This document shows positions 49,760-64,000 of a stretch of DNA of 64,000 nucleotides, piece by piece. Within the stretch, counting starts at the first letter, position 1. Every line of letters starts with the position of its first letter. The position numbers and the translations under genes are program-made. The DNA is from the human T2T-CHM13v2.0 reference genome, Homo sapiens. The notes under the pieces are model-generated. The model was not told the origin of the DNA, made no database searches, and saw only the letters and a list, made by a program, of their open reading frames with translations. The stretch is taken from NCBI RefSeq assembly GCF_009914755.1, contig NC_060930.1; one strand, 5' to 3'.

Positions 49760-51031
49760 TGTAACAGGGTCTTTAAGGTGTCAGTTTCAGGCCGGAAACC
49801 CCTGTGGCCCTGGCACCTTTGCCTGAGTTCTTGTCCTGTGTCCAGGTGCGTCCAGGAAGAATGAGGTACGCAGACAAGCGAAGCGTGAAGATGAAGATGA
49901 GCTTTATCAAGTGTTACAACAGCTCAGAGACCAACAGTGGGTAGCTCCTCTCTGTAGGCAGGTCATCCCTCGAGTTTTCAGCTCTCAGAGAGGAGGCCCT
50001 GGAGAGGGTGGCTCTTCTCTGCTGGCAGGTTGTCTCTGCAGCTCTCAGCAGAGAGGGTAGCTCTTCTCTGCAACTGGTCATTCTGTCATCTCCAGCTATC
50101 AGCAGAGAGAGCAGCTCCTCTCTGCAGCTGGTCATCCTGCCATCACTCTGCCCTCTTCATCCTCTGGCCATCCTCTGCCCTGTTCTGGCTGAGCCCGGGG
50201 CTTTTATGGACCTCAGAGGAGAGGAAGTGCATGCTGATTGGTCCATGGATGGCCGTGGGCAGCCCAGAGAGGCACCACAAGTTCCTACTCCAGTCCTTGG
50301 GACTGGCAGCCCCGCCCCCAGACTTCAGGCCCTCCTTGGCCTGAAGGTGGGGCCTTACTGGGGACCCACCCACTTCCACTCAGGAATCAGCCTCCCACTG
50401 CCATTCAAAGCCCCTGGGGCTCTGCCCCAACCCCTGCTCCAAGATCTGAGCAGGCCCTGGGAGTGGAGAGAAGCTAGGCAGCGGGAGCAGACACCCCCGA
50501 GCCTGCAGGGACAGAAAGGGGGTGGGTTCTTCCTGAGGCCCCGAGGGTGCAGGCTGCAGAGATGCCCGGGTCCTGCGCCAGGGAAGGTGGCTGCAGTTGC
50601 ACCTGGGAGCTCCCACCCCACCAGCTCAGAAGGGGCTCAGTTCCTGCTTGTCCCCGGCTCCTGCCTGCTCCATGTAGCAAGAGGTCCAGGTCTGCAGCCA
50701 CCGGTCAGGTGGTTGCAGCTGCACCCAGGAGGGCAGCTCCTGCCTGCTCCTGACCCCCTCCAAGAGCACAGGGAGGCTCCGATCCGCAGCCACAGTTTGG
50801 GTGGCTGTAGCCCCGCCCAAGAGGGCGGGGCTTCTGTCGGCTCCATGGAGCCGGAGGCCCGGGTCTGCCTCCGTTTGGTTTGGGTGGCCATGGTTTGGGT
50901 GGCTGCAGCGGCACCCCAGGGCGCTCCTGCCCCCAACTCAGAAGGGGCGGGGCTCCCACTGGCTCCATGGAGTGTGCAGCCCCAGCCGTACCTCCCTGCT
51001 GCAGCTGGCGTGATGGCAGCAGCCACCGCCA
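49760..51031 (-). mobile_element. MER52-family ERV1 solo LTR (MER52C/D-like) inserted in an L2
   Basis: TGTAACAGGGTC...CCGCCA with a perfect 4-bp TSD GGAG (49756/51032). Shares GGAGGAAGTG...TGCTGATTGGTCCATGG and other blocks with the LTR at 26015. L2-like sequence on both sides. Confidence 0.82.
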
Positions 51032-51437
51032 GGAGTGTGGGGACATGGCAAGAGATGATATTTAATTTGAACCAGCAAACACAGGTGCAAGTGAGCACCT
51101 GAGGAACTCTGGAAGTGACAGGCTGGAAAGAAAAGGAAGCAGAGAAGGAGCCTGAGGAAGAGAGGCCAAAGACCTGAAGAACAGCAGGAGAGAGAGGACT
51201 CAGGAAGCCAAAGGGACTGAGTGTCTTGAGAAGAGGATGTGGCCCCGCACGCCAAGGCCAGTGGGAGGCTTCACCTGCCCACAGCCTAACCTGATCTGTA
51301 TTGATGCAGAAGCAGGAAAAGAATGGAAGAAAACTAAAGTCAGGAGTCAGCGGCCTGGGTTCTGGACCTGGCAGCAATACCGCCCACTCTGGAACCCAGT
51401 CCCTATCTATAAAATGCGGACACAGCACTAACCCTAC

Positions 51438-53560
<2,123 letters not shown>

Positions 53561-55743
53561 CAGCACTCCTATCTCCCTCCTGGGCATGTTGTGAGACAAT
53601 CCCATGCAAAAGCCCCAGGTGAGAAGCACTTCCCCATGAGAGAGATTGCTGGTATTATCCAGGGAGGTGGATAATACCACCAATGAAATAGCTCATTCAA
53701 AACCATGGACAATCAGCAGTCCCTTGCCTGCCTAACAGCAGGGGACTGGACCAACTGACTTCTTGGGGTTCCTTGCAACTCTGAGCCCTGTGGCTGTATG
53801 ACCCCACCTTACTCTACCCCAGCACAGCTGCACCTGCATTCCATGGGCGAAGACTCAGGACAGGGCCCTACATTCCTGCCAGGGTAGTGTGTGGGGAGAG
53901 GAGTGGAGGTGGGGGCATTTCCTCTCAACGCTCTGAATAAGAGCTTATCCTGCCTCAGGTTGTTCCCCACCAGGAAGCCCCAGGAGGGCCCTGAGGACAG
54001 CCCTTGGCCCTCAGAGGGGGAGGCTCAGGAGGGGAGATGACCATGGGGATGGAGTCACTCAGGGGAGAATCTGGACCATGATGGGGTGACTTGGGGGCCT
54101 GAGGGGAGGACCCTGAGGAAGATAAAAAGCTGGTGCCACCCTAGGCAGTTTCACAGTGTGGCTTAGGGCTGTGGGTGACAGACGGTTTGTCAGATCAGTT
54201 AATCGGGACTCATGGGCCCTTTGTTACCCTCCCACGGAACACACTGGGTGCAGGTTGGAACGGGAGCTTTCTGGAGATGCCAGCTTTTAAGCTGAACACG
54301 ATTCTACTAGGAGGATTTCAGGCACCTTGAGCAAGCTGGTATGGAGTTTATTTGGGGGAAAAGCAGGGATTTTATTACCCTCAAATGCTTAAATTACACT
54401 TTTCCCAACTAAATTCAAATTTTAATTTAACTATTGAGCACCTAAAGTGTGCAGATGAAAAAGACTCAATTTCCACCCTTTGCTGGCTGGACATCCTGAA
54501 GGGGCGGGAGGGAGGGGCACTACTCATCACCTCCGGGCAGCCTTCCTGGGGCAGTTCTCCCCTTTCTCGCTGCTTCCCGTCTCAGTGGGTTACCCTCCTG
54601 CTCCCCAGTCAGCCCAGTTAGCCCCCGGTGACCCTCATCTCAGCTGAGTCATTGACACAGTCCCTGTGTGGATTTCCACCACCCCAGGCTGTGCCCAGCA
54701 TGTCTCCAGGCACAGGGAACAAGGCAGGGACATGCCTGAGAGACATAAAGTGCTCTGGGATAAAAAGCAGGTGAGGCCCTATCTGGGAGACCCCGGGGGA
54801 AAGGCTTGGGGAAGAGATGAACAGAAGGAAGAGGCTGGGCAGGGGGATGGCCTGTGGGGTGGCGGGAACGGGGTCGCACAGGCGTGGAGATGAAATTCAG
54901 TTGGCAAAGCTAGGTCAGGGAAGGCTTCGAATGCCCTTGGTGATGCAGGCTAGGGGAAGCCGCTGAGAATTCTGAGCAGAGAAATTAACCATCAGAAAGC
55001 TTTATTTGAGTAATTCTGATATGCCAGGCACTGTGTCGGCATTTTACATGTATTTCCTCCCTCAATCCTCACAACGCCCTGTAAGATGGATATTGGCATC
55101 CCCATTTGATGGCTAAGGCACTGCAACTACCAAGCGACAAAGTGGGGACTTGACCCTCAGTCTTTCTGACCCTGTCCTCACCAGGAGCTGACTTTGTTGT
55201 TGTTGTTTGAAACAGGGTCTCACTCTGTCACCAGGGCTGGAGTGCAGTGGCAGTGGCACGATCTCAGCTTACTACAGCCTCAACCTCCTGGGCTCGATCC
55301 TCCCACCTTAGCCTCCTGAGTAGCTGGGACTACAGGCACACGCCCAGCTAATTTTTGTATTTTCTGTAGATACGAGGTTTCACCATGTTGCCCAGGCTGC
55401 TCTTGAACTTCTAGACTCGAGCGATCTGCCTGCCTCACTCTCCCAAAGTGTTGGGATTATAGGTGTGAGCCACTGCACCTGGCCTCAGGAGCTGACATTT
55501 AGTGAGCACTTCCTGTGGTCCCTTTGCCTTTTACACATTATTTCTCTTAATCATCAAAACTGCCTTTGCTGGAACTTCTCAGAGGCCACATAGCCTTCAA
55601 AGGCCCTGCCTGCACGTCTAACCACCATGTGACACATGCCCAGGAAGTGGCATCAATCTTTGCTCCCATGAAATGTTCGGCACATGGCAGGTCACCAGAG
55701 CAGGTCAGCTCTGGTCTCCTCCAGCCCTTACTGATCCTCCCTA

Positions 55744-56232
55744 TGTGGTAGCCAGCCTCAAGATGAGGCCCAAGGGTCCCCATCTCCTGGCACTGACACC
55801 TTTGTGTGGTCCCTCCCACATGGTATAAGGTGACCTGCATAACCAACAAGATATGGCAGAACTGACAATGTGTGGCTTCCAAGGAGGTCATAAAAGGCAT
55901 CACGGTAACTGCCTTGCTTGCACTCTGGATAACTCACTCTGGGGAGACCCAGCCACCAGGTCATGAGGAGGCCCACACAGCCCTAGGGAGAGGCACACGT
56001 GGTGAGAAACTAGGGCCTCTGCCTACAGCCATGTGAGTCAGCCACCATGTAAGTGGCTCCTCTAGCCCCCATCAAGCCTTCATATGACTGCAGTCCTGGC
56101 CAAGATCTTAACTGCAATCTCAGGAGAGAACCCCCAAGCCAGAACCACCTAGCTAAGCAGATCCCAGATTTCTGACCTCCCACTCATTAAGGTTTTGTAG
56201 TAATGTGCTACTCTTTAATAGATAACTAATAT
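55744..56232 (+). mobile_element. MLT1F-like MaLR solo LTR
   Basis: TGTGGTAGCCAGCCTCAAGATG start, CAAGCCTTCATATGACTGCAG internal, ATAGATAACTAATA end. Confidence 0.7.
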
Positions 56233-57337
56233 GCACTCCATTCAGAGTCCAGCCCTCCTGGCCATATTACCAGGGGCATCTTTACCTCTCTGAACGTATC
56301 TCTTTTCTCCAGTTCAGACCTTTCTACTGAACTTCAGATCAACTCAATCAGCAGCCCTTGTGAAGGCCCTCAGGCCCTGGGAGCTTGGCATGTCCCAGAC
56401 AAATATCTCTTCAATCCATTCTCTGCCACTGTTCAGGCCCCTGGTCTCTTCCCTCAATTATTGAAACAGCCTCCTCACCAATTTTCCTACCTTGTATACA
56501 GCTGCAAAGAACAAAATCCCCAAATATCTGTAGATTCTGCTAGACAGAGGTGTATTTCTCTCTCCTGTTTGAGAAGGCCCAAGGCAGGCAGTCCAGAGCT
56601 GGCATGATGTGCTACAGTGCCAGGAACCCAGGCGAGTACCTTCCATCTCGTTGCTCTGCAGTGGGCAGCTTTCATCCCCAAGGCTACCTCATAATCTAAA
56701 ATAGCTGCATGTACGCCAGCCATCATGTCCACATTCTAGCCATTAGAAAGGAGTAACTGGAGAAAAACAAAACATCCCTTGCCTTTAAAAACATTTTGTT
56801 TGTTTTCCACTAACCGTATCTAGCAAAGGAGGCAAGGAAAAGCAGTCTATTTTGAGGGTCAAAATGTGTCATGTGCTCAGCTAAAAATACAGAGGTTTAG
56901 TACTCAGGAAGAAAAGGAGATCGGGCATGAGGGACAGTCTGCAGTGCTCTCCACACTGCTACCCAGTAACAGGGTTTTATTATTACTTTCATTTGCTTAT
57001 TCTTCATTATAAAATATTACAGTTTAGGAAGCTGAGGCCCAGAGAGGAGTCACAGAGTTGGTGGCTGTGCCAGAGGTACACCCTGACCCCTGCAGTCCCT
57101 CCCTACTCTGGCCTTAGTTTCCTCAGCTGGTATTATTTTATAATCAGGGAGCTGAAACACACAAACGTACAACAACAGAGGTTTGACCTATGTTACAAAA
57201 GAAATTGAAAACGAGTATTTATAGTTATATCTTTTAAAATAACAAAAAAGGGCCAGGTGCAGTGACTCACGCCTGTAATCCCAGCAATTTGGAAGGCCGA
57301 GGCTGAGGCAAGTGGATCACCTGAGGTCAGGAGTTCA

Positions 57338-58905
<1,568 letters not shown>

Positions 58906-59043
58906 ATTTGAGACCAGGAGTTCAAAATCAGCCTGGGCAATATGGTGAAACCATGTCTCTACAAAAAATACAAAAATTGCTGGGTGCAGTGGCTCACCTG
59001 TAATCCCAGCACTTTGAGAGGCCGAGGCAGGCGGATCACCTGA

Positions 59044-59226
<183 letters not shown>

Positions 59227-59279
59227 TAAAAATACAAAAATTAGCCGGGCTTGGTATCACGTGCCTGTAATCCCAGCTA

Positions 59280-59625
<346 letters not shown>

Positions 59626-59628
59626 TCA

Positions 59629-59805
<177 letters not shown>

Positions 59806-60050
59806 TTATTAACAGTGTCAGGAGTAAGCATGAGGGATTTGCCCTTGGGAGATTCAGATTGCTGTATCATTTGAACTTTACAACAAGTATGCATTGCACA
59901 TGTAAATTTGTTTAAAAAGCATTTTAAAAATATAGTTTATAATCTCCCTAAATAATATATGCCGGTTATAGAAAACACATGAATATAGGTCAGGCGCGGT
60001 GGCTCCCGCCTGTAATCCCAACACTTTGGGAGGCTGAGGCAGGCAGATCA

Positions 60051-60387
<337 letters not shown>

Positions 60388-60467
60388 TCACTCTTTTCCC
60401 TACACATATAGGGGTAGATAAGTAGAGAGAGAAGAGAGTTGTTTTTTTTTGTTTGTTTGTTTTTTGA

Positions 60468-60794
<327 letters not shown>

Positions 60795-60906
60795 TAGACT
60801 TTTTTTCAACATTTTATTATGAATATTTTCAAACAGCAAAGCTAAAAGAAATGTTTGTTGAACACTCATCCCCACCACCTGGATTCTCCCATTAACACTG
60901 TACTAA

Positions 60907-61191
<285 letters not shown>

Positions 61192-61269
61192 TGATCCGCC
61201 CACCTTGGCCTCCCAAAGTGCTGGGATTACAGATGTGAGCCACCTCACCAGGCTGGGTTTCCTTTGAAT

Positions 61270-63968
<2,699 letters not shown>

Positions 63969-64000
63969 TCCTTCCTTCCTTCCTTCCTTCCTTCCCTCCC

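Noticed and set aside
50008-51102. 364-aa ORF, the longest in the window
   Set aside because: Non-ATG start, almost entirely within a GC-rich MER52-family LTR, no domain, and long ORFs also appear on the opposite strand.

Overview
Primate (most likely human) genomic DNA, mostly intergenic and extremely Alu-rich. I recognise it as the GRM4-HMGA1 interval on 6p21.31; this is from memory, not a database search. A CpG-rich island at about 2.2-3.4 kb carries the most distal alternative first coding exon of GRM4 on the minus strand (ATG 2982, donor after 2671, 104 codons MPAWEPG...ESAQ). A processed keratin-18 pseudogene (consistent with KRT18P9) lies at about 37.45-38.9 kb. The rest is layered mobile DNA: a full-length L1MA-type LINE (about 12-23.3 kb, minus) interrupted by Alus, an MST LTR and a MER75 piggyBac element; two MER52-family solo LTRs with TSDs; MLT1 LTRs; a decayed hAT transposase; old L1, L2 and MIR fragments; and many nested Alus. 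There is also an orphan CpG island at about 44 kb and strong CTCF motifs at 11590 and 44141. I found no evidence for a new multi-gene system. The most unusual observations are structural. One is a near-perfect 368-bp inverted duplication (57590-57957 / 58538-58905) with a patchwork junction. Another is an ~860-bp foreign block containing an older LINE fragment captured inside the younger L1MA. A third is an in-frame alternative splice donor in the GRM4 exon. Repeat subfamily names come from recalled consensus sequences, and boundaries without a quoted TSD are approximate.
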